Positions 12,680 through 25,900 of a stretch of DNA of 64,000 bases are shown piece by piece. Under the pieces are notes generated by a model. It was not told where the DNA came from. It saw nothing but the letters and a program-made list of their open reading frames with translations, and ran no database searches. Source of the stretch: Takakia lepidozioides (taxonomy: Eukaryota > Plantae > Bryophyta); assembly GCA_030704615.1 (NCBI GenBank), contig CM060733.1:44268001-44332000 (forward strand), in the 5' to 3' direction. The position numbers and the translations under genes were made by a program. Positions within the stretch are counted from its first letter, which is position 1. Each line of letters begins with the position of its first letter.

Positions 12680-14625
12680 AGGCTACAGATATCTAGATCC
12701 TATGAATCAAAACTAATAGCGTTGATTCTGAGAGACAGAAAGCTAGAAAAGAAGTGATGTTGAGATGTTCTAAGATGAAACTACAAAGATATGCAAAGAG
12801 GCAAAAAGAGAGAACGACTTAGATGCTCATCTAATATGCAACATTCGAGAAGGAGTTTAATGCATGTAATGTAATAGAGACAAAGCAACCAAATGCAATG
12901 GAACTAGAGCAATAGATGACAGCAAACCTAAAGCTCAATAGCACAACATAGACATCAACCCTTACATGCAGAATAGTAGCAAATCTCTATAAAGTCCCAG
13001 ACTAGTTTTGCTCAACAAATGAGCTCATCAGTGGGAGAGAAATGGAATGAGGTACACAGAGCCTCACTCCGAGCTTATTTGTTGTTGTAAGGGGTTGTCT
13101 CAAATAGGAATAGGCAAAAGAAAGTTATTTTTATGTCTAGAATAGGAAAAAATTATTTTGTGACTAAAAAATAACTTTATGCCTTAATTTTATATAAAAA
13201 AAATAAAAAAATAAAACTTTTTAAGCCTAAAAATGGCTTGATGGCGATAGTCACTAATATCTCTCAACTATATAGTTGACTCTATTGTAACTTAACATAA
13301 ATTAGATAGGAATATAAATCCCGAGTTTTTGTTCAAACTACAAGCTTGTCAAAAGAAGCTAATTGCAGAACTTTAGCAAAACACTAATGAAGTTTAGGGT
13401 TTAGAACGTCCATGAGATTTAGAATAGAACACATGTGAATGTTCAAGCTTCAGAATCAGAGGGGTCCACTTGTCGGTCAACATATGAGTAGATTGAAAAG
13501 TCAACGGTGTGCAAAGTCAAGGGCTCAAATACTCCAAGATAGGAGAAACTCGCGAGAACCTCAAGCAGACTAGAACAATTGCTTGATCTAGATGAAGCCT
13601 GCAACCGAGCTTCTTCTTGAAAATGAACTTTAAAAGAATGGAGACAAATGTAGCACTGCAACAAGATGCGGAACGTGAATGTACCTCAAATGCACCGGGT
13701 GCAATAAGAACACAATCTGAACCAAAAAGTTTTTAGGGGCCCAAAGAAGTGATATTGAGATGTTCTACTTGATGCAACTGCATTCATACGTAAAGAGGCA
13801 AATATATGTGATTGAAACTATTTCACTGAGATGACAGAGGAATAGTACCATATCTCATTTGCAAGAGAATAGACACAGTAGAGAACGACTTAGATGCTCA
13901 TCTAACATGCAACACTCGAGAAGGAGTTTAACGCATGTAAGAGATGATAGCAAACCTAAGGCTCGTTAAGAGAATGGAGACAAATGTAGCAGTAATGAAA
14001 TTTAGGGTTTAGGACGTCCCTAAGGTTTAGAATAGAACACACATGAATGTTCAAGCTTTAGAATCAGAGGGGTCCACTGCCGGTCAACTTATGAGTAGAT
14101 TGAAAAGTCAACGGTGTAGCAGGTTGTGCAAAGTCACCAGGCTCAGATACTCCAAGATAGAAGAAACTCGCGAGAGCCTCAAGCACAGACGAACATAGAA
14201 CAATTGCTTGATCTCGGTGAAGCCTACAACCGTGCTTCTTGAAAATGAACCGTCGTGGTCTCTATCTTCCGATCTTCAAGATGAAGTACTCGGTCTTCGT
14301 CTTTGTCGCCTCATCAGATGAATGAAAAGCTTCGTGATCAAAAGAATGGAGACGGTGTTGCAGCTAACATTATAAAAATGCTTAGGATCTTCAAAAGAAT
14401 GGAGACAAATGTAGCAATGCAACAGGATGTGAACTGCGAATGCACTGGGTGCAATAAGAACACAACCCAAACCAACACGTTTTTAGGGGGTTCGGTATGG
14501 GCGCCTTGAAAAAACTTGTAGATTTCTAGATCCTAGGAATCAAAACTAATAGCGTTGATCCTGAGAGACAGAAAGCTAGAAAAGAAGTGATGTTGAGATG
14601 TTCTACTTGATGCAACTGCTCGTCA
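12680..14625. repeat. Patchwork of local duplications, probably a decayed transposon
   Basis: 12688-12775 matches 14520-14605; 13385-13740 matches 13993-14490; 12810-12868 matches 13881-13940. No recognisable protein motif. Confidence 0.55.
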
Positions 14626-16870
14626 GCTGATCGTGGATCTTTCTTTATACGACGGACAAGATTCTGCACGATAGTGCACCGGGCAATAAGAGTGTGGCAT
14701 GTGAATAAGCAGTTACTTGGGAATTAATACCCATGTTTTGTGGCAGCTGCTCGGATAGAATCCTAGCCTCAAACTCCTGTTTGAGCTCCTCTTTCAGAGC
14801 TACCAACTGTTGTGAAGGCACATGAGTTTGAAAATGGCTCCTTGAAAGATTAATGGTTCTATTCATTGAACTCATTATCATGGTCTGTTGCGGATCTTCC
14901 TGCGGATCTTGTTGTGGATCTTCTTACTCTTCTGCTTGGTTATCTGCAGCTTGGTCCCTAGTCAGCAAATTCGGCCAAATATGCACTTGGCGGGCTGCAC
15001 TTGTACATCCTCAATTTTCAAAGGTGCAGTTGTACCTTGGCCTTGTACTTCCTCAACAACATCTTCCACTGGTCTTACTTCACTGTGAACAGATGTGCTC
15101 CCTATGCGCAGTTGTGGTATCCTCAGGACTGGAATGTAGACTTATTTATCCTAGAGCTTGTAAAAATGAGGTCTCCATTCTCAATTTTTGTTGTCACTTG
15201 CTCACTGGAAGGAATGTAAACCGTCAATCCCGTAAAGAGGTGGTCGGGTGGGGGATTGAAAATGCATGAGCGGTGAGCGCATGAGCATGAGCAGAGGTTC
15301 CCGACCCTCGCTCGAACCTACGCCGAACCACCGTGAAGGTGGAGATCGACAACCAAAACTGACAACTTCATGAGCTTGGTAACAGTCCACAGAAATGGGA
15401 TGTGAACGCCTATGAGTGTGGCCTGCCGGTGAGGTGTGGTAGTCGCCACAGACTATAGCACCACATTCGTTGGTGGGGTTTCCATAGGACTATGTTGGGT
15501 GTTATGGTCACCATCGACTATATCATCCCCACTCAAAGCTGGACCTCTATAAAAATGGCAACTAACCTTGGGGGAGGTTGAAAGAAGCAGTGTATGCATT
15601 GTCTCTTTCTGGACCATACATCTCCTATTGCCTTAATTTGTGACAGGCACAACAGTCTATTGAACTAAGGCTGGATAAGTTAGGTAAGAATCTATTATCT
15701 ACTCATGGTGTGTGAGGTTTAGTGATAGATTTAGTTGAATGGAGCAGAACATATTCTCAGGTTATGTTGGGAGGGATGGTTACTATTGTGCTTATAACTT
15801 CGTATGTCTATTGTAAGGTCTTGACCATGTTTGTTCAACATAGGAGTGGTTTGTGTGCATAGTATTACAAAGTAAAAAGCTATTTGTTCTTGAAATGGAC
15901 ACAGATGAAGTGTGGTTGTCTGTTAGGGAAAAAGTGTGCACATGGAGTGTAAAATTTTATGGCATAGTTGCTGTCATGTCATGGCAATGGTCTTCACAAC
16001 ATGAGCAGATCAGTGACTGACTCATTCAAATGGATATTTGTCGAAGGTACTTTATGGCTTCAGCAGACCAGGGCTCAGCACTCTAGGAATTTCAAACTTT
16101 GCTTCAGCACTTAATTGCTGTTCTGACTTCTCCCATAGTTCAGTATCCACGAGTTTGTTATGTGTCAGTGCTTACAAAAGCTGGAGATCAGAAATGTAGG
16201 ATAAACCTAAGCAATCCCTCATGGATCAAGCAAGCACCATCTTGGGACTACCCAAGTCTCACCAACCTTGTTCTCAACCCTTCCTTTCTGCTTGTAATCT
16301 AGGTAGTTGCATCTGCAGACCTCATTGTGGACTTCCCCTGAAGACTGATTATCCTGAGTTTACCCTCAGATGGTTCATCTAACATATATGAAAGGTATGG
16401 AGACGAAGACAATGATGCGCGTTCAAAGGCTTCTCAATGGTTGCTAACTTTTGTACTCCAACCATCTACAGAAACCCGTTTGGAAGCACACTCTAAACCA
16501 CAAACTTGCTTTCACCAAGCTGCCCACACCAATTATACGCCCTTCTTTTGTGAAACCAGCATTCGTGGTGATGATGATGCACAACTAGAGGCTTCCACAT
16601 CGGGCTAAAGCACCATTCTCAACGTACAATTTGGATGAGGTAGATTATATTAGCCCCCGCGAGAAAACATTGAGAGGAAAAAAATGATTCAAAATTCCCT
16701 TCAGCCAAATATCGTGCTCACTCCTTCATGAAACCATGGATGAAGAAAGATTTTCAACCATTCTTGGTTGGTAGGTGTCATTTTCCATCCTACCACCTGT
16801 CCTAGGGCGCTCTTAGATATTTTAGCCCAAGAAAATCCCCTCAAATCAATTCATGTGGCCACGAACGCCC

Positions 16871-17158
16871 TATCAAGTAAAGTTTACTAGTAGTGTGAAA
16901 CTAGCCAATAAATAACTAGTTTTTATATATGACACTTGGGCTTGATCCAAGTGTCAACCCAGGGGTCAAGATATTTGTTGGCCCCTGGGCGTGGCTTATC
17001 TTCACGGCGAACGCGCAGTGAGGCTCATCTCTCTTGAGTTGAGCCTCCCGCGTCGGCTATGGCGCGTGTACTGTTGATTCCCCAAAGCCTTGGGGGTACA
17101 GTGGGCTTGATTCTTATTTTATGAGTGAAATGTTGGTTTGGTTTTGTGCATCTTTTCA
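16871..17158 (+). repeat. Terminal repeat A1 of copy 1
   Basis: Matches 27918-28195; starts tatcaag (tgtcaag in A2) and ends ttttca. Confidence 0.9.
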
Positions 17159-17264
17159 CTCGAGAGAGATGACCTTGCATCATTAGTGCGAGATGTGAGT
17201 TTTTAGTTAAGCACTGGTTACTTTGAAGCGGCTGCCGTTGTAGTGTTTATTTTGGGTTGATCGG

Positions 17265-17405
17265 ACATTGAAGCTGAGAATCGTCCAGCGATGGAAGACT
17301 GGTTGTCCCCCAGTAGAGTGATGAAAACAGTCCAGCCATTAGACCATGCACATGGAGCAAAGGCATCACAACAAACGATCTATCAATTGGGCCAGCTTGT
17401 AAGTG
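17265..17405 (-). pseudogene. Captured fragment of AAE3/PCS60-like oxalate-CoA ligase (acyl-activating enzyme)
   Basis: Frameshifted translation TYKL..IDRSFVVMPLLHVHGLMAGLFSSL...AGRFSAS resembles the PLFHVHGL..GLLSSL...AGRFSAS segment of this family as recalled. Confidence 0.7.
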
Positions 17406-20259
17406 GCCGCAATATGCTGAAGTGAGGATGTCAGGTTTGCCTGCATAAGAGCCTGAAAATGGTCGGTCACCTTTGGCTGGTGATTTGCGTGGGTGCAAGG
17501 AAATGGGTGGGATGAGCTACCAGGTACACCATCCATGGTTCTTCAATGGAGTTGGGCCTAAGGCCGGTAGCATTTCGGCATGAGCTGATGGGCTGGTTGA
17601 ACACCAAGCCTATGGCAAGGAAGGAGGTGCTGGATTTTTGTTTTTAGATTTAAGAGAGCTGATATGCTTGGGCAGATGCAGTAAGCTGGCGGTTAGGCCT
17701 GCCATGAAGCAGTGCATTTGCTGGGTCTGTTTCAGCCTAAGTTTAAGCCCAACTGTGACATCAGGTTTTAACCATCAACAACTTGAATGTGGGAGAACGT
17801 GTTCAATTAACTGGCTGGCTGAAATGTGATTTAAAGCATGATGACCGCATGGGAGAAGGCATCAAAACAATAGGGCTGGAGCGACTGATTACATGGCTGA
17901 AATCAGGTCTCATGGAGTGTGATGAACACAGGGTATGCCCAGCAAGGTTGTGAATGGAAGGGCAGCGATCGGTGGAGTCTAATGTGTTTTCTTATGGACA
18001 GTGGATATGAATTCAGCCTGTAAACACTCATGATCAGAGATTGACTTGGGTGTTATTCGAGGTGGGACTGATGCTTGAATCCAATCACGTGTGAAGAGAG
18101 AAGTGTGGCTTAAGTTCAAAGTGGCGTCATATTGACCTTGCGATGAAAAGAGAAATAGACGAGCCTGTTGGCAATTTGTCGTTTTGATTGCATGTTCACT
18201 GCCAAGGTTGAACATGAAGTTGAAGGGATTGAATTGGTGGAGGGCCAGCCCACGTCACATGAGGATACTGTCGACGTGATTGGAGTGTGAGGCTGGTTTG
18301 TCACAAATACACATGTGCCAGGAGAAGTGCTGATCAGAGAGGGCACGGGTCTGATTCAGATCTGACGTAGCCATGGCATTGAAGCTGCTCAAATTAGGGG
18401 CAGATTTGCTGCCGAGGTTTACATCTTCAAAAATAAAAGTGCCTGAATGGTAGTAGGCCGGCTCATCTCTTGCTGGAGAGGCACAATTGATATCCGCAGC
18501 AGGGCTCATGCACAAGCGGCTAGCACTCACACTCGTCAATGCTTCCCTTTTCGGTTCTTCTACACATGCAAGATCTTGGACATTAGGCCATCGCTGTTTG
18601 GAGTGGTATTCATGGCGCTTGGCACCAGACTGCGAAGTTTTATTTCCTGCACCGACCAGTAGCAAATCCCCGACTCCCAGTTTTAAAGCTCCTGCACATG
18701 TAGAGATCCGTCCTCGGAATTACGGGTATTCGCATGAAACATGTAGGGTACGCCAAAAATACTTGTATTTATTGAAATACATTTGGAGCTTTGTTTTGAT
18801 CCAATTTAAATTATACAGAGCCTGTTTTTGCCATAACTTGGTCATACAAAGGCTGTTTGACCTCAAATTTGCGCGAGGACCTAGAGATTGTGGTTTTAGT
18901 TTTTTGGACTCTGCTAAAAATCTATGGAATTTTTTGAGTGTGAGTGTGCTATGAAAGATCCACAATTCTGTTTCTAGAACCTGTTGTGGTCTACATGAGA
19001 GACAAGTCTGTGGATGTCCTCATTGTATGGCTGGGGGCAATGAGGATGTAATTGAAGGGCAGGTCTCTTCTCTTAGCCTGTGCACACAATGAGACAAGAT
19101 TTATGTTTCTCAAGGAACTCAGACTGATTTGAGTGGAGAACAGTTGGACGAGTTGATTGCATACTGGGAGTCAGGCATTAACAATAGACAACAAATTGTT
19201 GTAGTTGGCGTTGAGGGCCTCAATATTGCTTTGGACAGTCAGAACTCTGTTGGAGCAAGCAATTCTGCAGCTATAGGTGAAATACCAAAGAGGGTGGAAG
19301 CTAGGCTTGGAACACAGCCAAAGACAACCCCGGGGACCAAGATGTTCAGCCACAAGGCCGTGGTGTACTGGAGCAGAGGAGCAGGAGCTGCACAAGATTT
19401 TGCAATCAGACGTGGTTGCAGCCGGACACGCTCTGCACGAGGCAACCACGAACGGGGGTTCATTAGCAACGAACAGTTTGTTCTGCTTGAAGGAGATGCA
19501 GTCATTCGCAATGAGGACACCCGCAACCGTCTCAAAGCTTTCGAGTTGAGAGACTGTCAGACCCTACATTTATTTTCTTTAGTATTCAGTGAGAGGGAGA
19601 TAGGGGAGTATTGCTTTGTCTCTACCTGGCAGAGAGAGGAGGAGGGTTGGTTAGAGCGAGCTACTGTAGTTTGGGATAAGGTTAGTGGCAGGTTTTTGGA
19701 CATAGATATACTTCCCACACCTTACCATCATGCAGAGCGAGGCACTTTGAGAGAAGTCTGGCAGTTGATAGCATAGATCAGGATTAGATCTTGCTTGGTC
19801 GGGCCTCTATTCTTCCCCTCCATCTCTTTACTATTTTCATTACTTTGTACTTGTAGTTGCCAAAGCCTCTCTTGGTGGAGGCCAGTCAGTCCGGGGTTTT
19901 TGGGCTGGGGTATTCTGTAGGAGCAGCACTGCGGAGGGATTTTGGTGTGGGGGTGTTGATGTTTTGGTTTCTTATGTTTGGATCCCCCCCACACCTGCAT
20001 GCTTGACTGTGCACCATGTTGGTTTTGTGTGGGCGCTTGCTTTCATAGGGATTAGGCCGGATTTGATCATCGGTCAATCCTAGAGTATGATGTCGGTGGA
20101 GAGGCTGGAGTGATGACCAGCAAGACCACCAGTGTTTTTTCTATGGTGAGGCTGGGTTGATGACCACCCAACCATAGAAGTTCTTGTGGTGGATGCAGGT
20201 GCAGATGCCCTTAGTCACTGGGATATGACCCTTAATCCGCAACAGGATTAAGTGTCATC

Positions 20260-22850
20260 ACGGAGTTACCCAAGGGTTTTGAGGGGAGTACGGCTACAGG
20301 CAGTAACAGTGAGAGTGGGTTCACAAGACGAGGTGTTCGGTTCAGACCACCTTCACCTCCACCCTCAACTAGTGTAGAGTCTGACACAGACTCGGAGGCT
20401 TCATCAACAGGTGTGCAGTTTCCTTCGCCATTGTTGTGGGATGACATGGAGGAGATGTATGGAGCTACCAAGGGACCTCGTAAGTACTCTGGAGCTGTGG
20501 GCACAATCGAGCTGGATGACTTTATCCAGGAGTTCGACAGCTGGTGTGATTTGCAGCAGATGCGCAATCCATAGCTGTTCACCCCATTCATGGCGTGGAA
20601 GGGACCGTTCTAGCATTTGGAAGGCCCGCCTATGGACGATTACCACGAGTTCAGGCGAGGACATGAAGCAGAGATTGAGGAGTGGAGGATGTATTGGTCA
20701 CCTGACTACGTCTCCATTACTCGAGGCACGACGCGACCAGTAGCTGCATCAGCACCAATATCTCCCACTGCCAGCACTAGTAGTGGAACAAGTAGTGCCG
20801 GTACTTCTGTAGGTGGTACCAGTTCAAAAGGTGCTACTACTCATCCTGCCACAACTACAACACATGTGCCTAGATTCAACCCGGTGGCCACGGAGTTCTT
20901 CCAAGAGTTGCGGAGGAACTACCAAGGCGTACGGACAGAGAAGCTGCGAAGTTTGCAAGACTTCCAGCGCAAATCCAGTGAGAGTTTGCGAGAGGCCTAG
21001 ACTCGTATGAGGCGCTTGATAAGTGTGACCCAACGGGTTACTGAAGCTCACGCAATCCAATTCTGGTATGGAATTTTGGACAAGGAGCTCAGGAGAAGGG
21101 TGCGGGATGCAACCCTGTTACAAGCGGCCCAACCCACATTAGCAGATGTGTTTCTGCTCGTTGAGCGGATTGAGTTCAACATTGTGGAGGAGCGAGTTGT
21201 TACCATTGGATTTGGCAAGGACATGCCTGCACGAGGCGCAACTGCCAGCCAACAAGCACAAGGGACTGCCCAACAGCGTGGTCAGGGGGGCAAGGTTGCC
21301 CAACCCAAATTCCATGGAGCTTATAGGGGACCTCAGGTGCAGAGGCCAGTAGCATCTTTTGTAGGCCAACAGCAACCAGGGGTGGTATGTTGGACATGTG
21401 GAGGACTCCATGTCAAGAAAGATTTCCCAGAGAGTGGCAAAGGACCGACACAAACACAGCCTGCACAGTTGCAGTGTGGGCATTGTGGTAAGTATGGGCA
21501 TGGAGATGCCCAGTATTATGACTTGCACCCTGAGTTGCGGCGAGGCCAGTTCCAAGGGAACAATGGTGGCCGAGGGCAAGGTGGAACACCTCAGAGAGGA
21601 CGAGGTGGTCAGGCACGAGGTGTAGGACGAGGGCAAGCACAGTATGGCCAAAGACGTGGAGGTCAAGGCGTTGACCAAGGCATGGCCAACCAGCTTCAGC
21701 AGCTAGAGCAAAGGCTTGCTGCCATGGCCACAGCTCAGGTGATACCAGCTCCAAGACCTGAGGGTCCACCTCCTGTTCCTCCTCAGCAACATCATCCTGA
21801 CAGAAGAGACATAAGAGACATGAGATTTATGTGTGGGGCAGCACTACCACTAGTGCAGGTGGAGTCTGCTGCAGCCGTCACTCGAAGAGCAGCACGAGTT
21901 CCTGAGCCACGAGGTGCAGAGGTGGAGTTGGATCCACCATGTGGGGAGGCAAGCCATCAGGCTAGGTTGCCTCAATCATTCATCTTGGCGGAGACAGGGT
22001 TGACAACATCCATGACACCTAGTTTTCGCATGACGGATACCGAAGCAGAGGCCGTTATTGTGCCATTGGGAAGAGCTACACGTGCAGCACTGACATCTAC
22101 TGCCAAGGCTAGTGCAGCTAGTGTGTTGATGGAGGCGGCCACCTTTGTATGTCAGGCCCCACTGTTCTCGGCAACCATGATTGCGACGCCGGGGGTAAGA
22201 CCAGCTGCAGTATTCAGACTAGCAGCAACACTCTGTGAGAGTGGGAAGGTCACTTCATCTTCTGCGGAGTTAGTGGAAGGTGTAGTGGCAGAGGGATCCT
22301 CGAATTTGAGGGTCAAGACTGCCAGAGCTGTGCCATGGCAAGCTGCAACTGCCAGGTTGACAGAGCTACCAGCTAGGCCAGCCTTTGAGCGCGCCATGGT
22401 GATACCTGGAGTTGTCTTGTTAGACAACCAGGATGACATTTTCTCTTTGAGTGGACCGGCAGACAAGAGGTACCGGCCACTGCGGGTTTTGTTGGACTCG
22501 GGAGCTCAGCCACTGATGTTGGGCAGAGCCGCTATCGCAGGTTTGGGCCTCATGGAGGCGGATATGGAGCCTTGTCCCTTCCAGATACAGACATCTCTGG
22601 GAGGATCAAAGCAGGCTCGGGGCATGACATGGCGTCAGTTGGCCATTAGACTACAGCCGGATCATCCTATAGATGGCTCAGTGATGCGAGCCAAGGCCAT
22701 TGTGATAGACGCGGTCTCTTACGATGTCATCGTTGGTGGGGCAGTGTTGTATCCAATGGGTTTCACCTGGATTTTTGGGAGGAGTCAGCATCCTACAGGC
22801 CTGGATGGCAGTCAGGGGATGGTCGTCGTGTACAGCTCCTTGTGACATTC
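20260..22850 (+). pseudogene. gag (CCHC knuckles, RGG-rich) plus aspartic protease, copy 1
   Basis: FQRKSSESLREA, CWTCGGLH and CGHCGKYGH knuckles, protease VLLDSGA near 22490; in-frame stops. Confidence 0.85.
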
Positions 22851-23194
22851 ATTGGGGGTGTTGCTGCTACCCAGCGGGGCAAGATGCCAATACTAGCAGC
22901 CTTCACAGCTGCAGTTAGTTGGCCTGGAGAGTTGCTGGAGGGCAATGCCCATGCAGAGGATGTGCCACCTCCAGCAGAGCAGGATGACATGCATGGTACA
23001 GGAGTTGCTTGCCATAGTTGCTCACACTCCATTGTGGGGTACGAGCAAGGATTTGCAACAGGCTGCTGATAGACGTGTGCAACAAGCCTGGGTAGAGGCC
23101 TTTGTACCGTCAGAAGAGGAGGAGAGTGCGGTGATTGCACTAGGACCATCTCAATTATCGCCATTGGACACCACATCTCTTGTGTGGCAATGCC

Positions 23195-24140
23195 CGGATG
23201 AAGGCATATGCCTTCTGGACTTGTTTGACGGGATCAACACTGGATTGGCTGCAGTGCTGCAGGCAGGTGTACGAGTTCGACGTTACCTGTATGTGGAGAG
23301 GGATGAGATTGCACGACAAGTCTCATTGCGCCATGTTGCTCAGTTAGTGCAGCAGTACCCTAATTTGTTGCCAGTATCTGCAGTTCGTGGATACCAGCAA
23401 GCTTTGCCAGCAGACATCTCTTTGCTGGGGGCGTAGGATTTGGAGCGGCTTGGCCCTATCCTGGCCCTATTCACTTGGTAGTGGCAGGTTGGCCCTGCCA
23501 AGGGTATTCATCAGCCGGGCATGGCAATGGGTTACAAGACTAAAGGTCACGCCTGTTTTGGGATATGTTGAGGGTCATGCGCTATTTACAGCTTCAGCAG
23601 ACAGACTCTCCGACATATATCTTGGAGAATGTGCCATTGATGGGTGATTCTCGGGCCAAGGTGATGGCCAGTGTACATTAAGTGCGGTCTTGGCTTGGGT
23701 CAGAAGTGTTGCTGGATGCAGCTGCAGTAGGGTCATGGGCTCATCGCCCACGACTATGGTGGACCAACTTGATGCCACCTGTACTGCTCAAGCGTGCATT
23801 TAATGGGGTGCAGCGGCCACCAAACCTCACGGTTGATAGCATATTGGACATAGGAAAGCAGTCTCAGCGTGTGAGACACGATGACCGATCACCTTTGGCA
23901 GTGGTCAATAAGGTGGGCCACCCACGAGCAGCATTGCCTACACTGCTCAGCTTTCTAGGATCTCATGCTTTCCGGGATGGTGGACCTGGCCTCTTGTGGG
24001 ATAGTCAGTTGCAGCAGTTAGTGGAGCCCAATGCTGACGAGCGCGAGCGGGCGATGGGTTTTACCACTGGTACCACGGCGGTGCCATCTCTTTTTGAGGC
24101 ATCACGTCGTCAGGTGTTGGGGCCAGTAATGGATATCAAT
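23195..24140 (+). pseudogene. DNMT3-like C5-cytosine methyltransferase domain within pol, copy 1
   Basis: Motif I LLDLFDGINTG, motif II YLYVE, motif IV LVVAGWPCQG, motif VI YILENV, motif VIII AHRPRLWWTN, ERERAMGF, motif X RRQVLG. Broken by stops and a small duplication. Confidence 0.9.
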
Positions 24141-24467
24141 TGCTTGACTTGGATTATCAGCTTGACTATGGCTGAGCAGTGCAGAGTACGGAGTACACTT
24201 CCCTTGATGGTCTCCCTACCTACCGAGACGGTACAGGCAGCAAGTAGGGGCGAACAGGTGAGGACCACAAGGTGTAGGCCGCATTCATGGCACACGTGGG
24301 AGGTGCTCGAGATTCAGAGGGAGTTGGCAGCCAAGGCGGCGGTGATGGATGAGGCTAGGGATTTTTCTCGGGTTGAGGAGGTCCTCAAGGATAAGATGAT
24401 GGGGCAGGATGAGGCATTGTCACTGACAGAGCAGGCAGTGGTTACTGCTCAAGAGGTTGCAGCATAA

Positions 24468-25900
24468 CAACCACGGGATGCGTCTTCTACCTCTAAGCCT
24501 GCTGGACTCAAGGTTGCAGTCACAGAGGACAACTGGGAGCCTGATGTTGGACCCATAGTCACCAGAAGAGAGAGACAACGTATACGGCGGTTCTTGAGGG
24601 CTTACAGGAACTGCTTTGCCTTCAGCTTGAAGGACTTGGGAGCACTGAAGGGTCAAGAGATTCGCATTGAATTGGCCACTGACACGCCAATCTTTTGGAG
24701 ACCCTATAGATACAGTGATATGGAGAGGTCCTTGATTCAGATAAGGACTCAGGACCTCTGGGAGGCTGGTTTGGTGGAGCTATTTGGTGGAGAGTATGCT
24801 TCAGTCACAATGATGCCAGCCAAGAATGATGTCTCTGGCAATTGGACGGAGAGACGTATGTGCGGTGATTACCGGCCTGTAAATCGTCAGACCAAGTCCG
24901 ATAGGTATGCCATGCCAACACTAGAGGAGATCTTTAATGCCATTGGGCATGCCAAGGTCTTTAGCACTTTGGATTTACGATCCGGATATCACCAGTTACC
25001 GATCAAGGAGGCGGATAAGCAGAAAACGACATTCTGGGGGATCAACGAGCACGTGAAGGATTGCCTATACCAGTGGCGGTTCTTACCATTTGGGCTTAAG
25101 AATGCTCCTACAGAGTTTCAGAGAGTCATGGACAGGATTCTAGCAGGGGTGGAGTTTGCTCGGTGCTACGTAGATGACATCATCATCTTTAGTGCTACGG
25201 TGGAGGAGCATGAGAGACACCTTCAGGTGGTATTTGAGCGCTTGAAGGCGCATGGATTGAAGTTACATCCGGGGAAGTGCAAGTTTTTCCACAACCAGAT
25301 TGAGTATCTGGGTCACATGATATATCATGGAGGATTGGGGGTACAACAGACTAAGGTAGAGGCCATTGCATAGATTCCACGCCCCACGGATGTGAGCCGA
25401 GTTTGAGCTTTCATGGGGTTGACAAACTATTATAGACGGTTTGTCAAGGGATTTAGTGCCATTGCAAAGGCTCTAACCAAGCTGACCAAGGTGGACCCGG
25501 AGCGGCAGTGGGAAGATGAGCAAGAACGAGCTTTCCAAGAGCTCAAGGCGAGGTTGACCTCGGCGCCCATCTTGAGACGACCTATCAGGGGGCGTCTTTT
25601 TCAGCTGCATACATATTGGAGCATGCTGGGGCTTGGAGCGGTGCTCACACAGGTGGATGATGAGGGAAGAGAGTTCGCAGTGGCTTATGCTAGCCGCTCG
25701 AACAACGCTACAAAGGCTAAGTATAGCTTATATGAGGGAGAGTGCTTAGCTGCAGTGTGGGCCGTGGCATACTTCAGGTGCTATCTATATGACAATCTCT
25801 TCACCATTGTCACGGATCACCAGCCACTCAAGTGGTTGATGAAGTCAGACAAGCTTACAGGAAAGCTTGCATGGTGAGCACTCATACTCCAGGAATATGA
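24468..25900 (+). pseudogene. Reverse transcriptase and RNase H, copy 1
   Basis: RMCGDYRPVN, LDLRSGYHQ, LPFGLKNAP, YVDD; RNase H VAYASR, ECLAAVWAV, TDHQPL. Confidence 0.95.

Noticed and set aside
16930-16941. tgacacttgggc shared between repeat A and the 1-4.6 kb satellite
   Set aside because: Only about 12 bp with no flanking similarity.
22760-22785. Programmed -1 frameshift after the protease (both copies read ttcacctggattttt, apparently one base short)
   Set aside because: The heptamer is not a canonical X XXY YYZ in the zero frame. A 1-nt loss at a CCTGG site could be inherited decay or a sequencing error.
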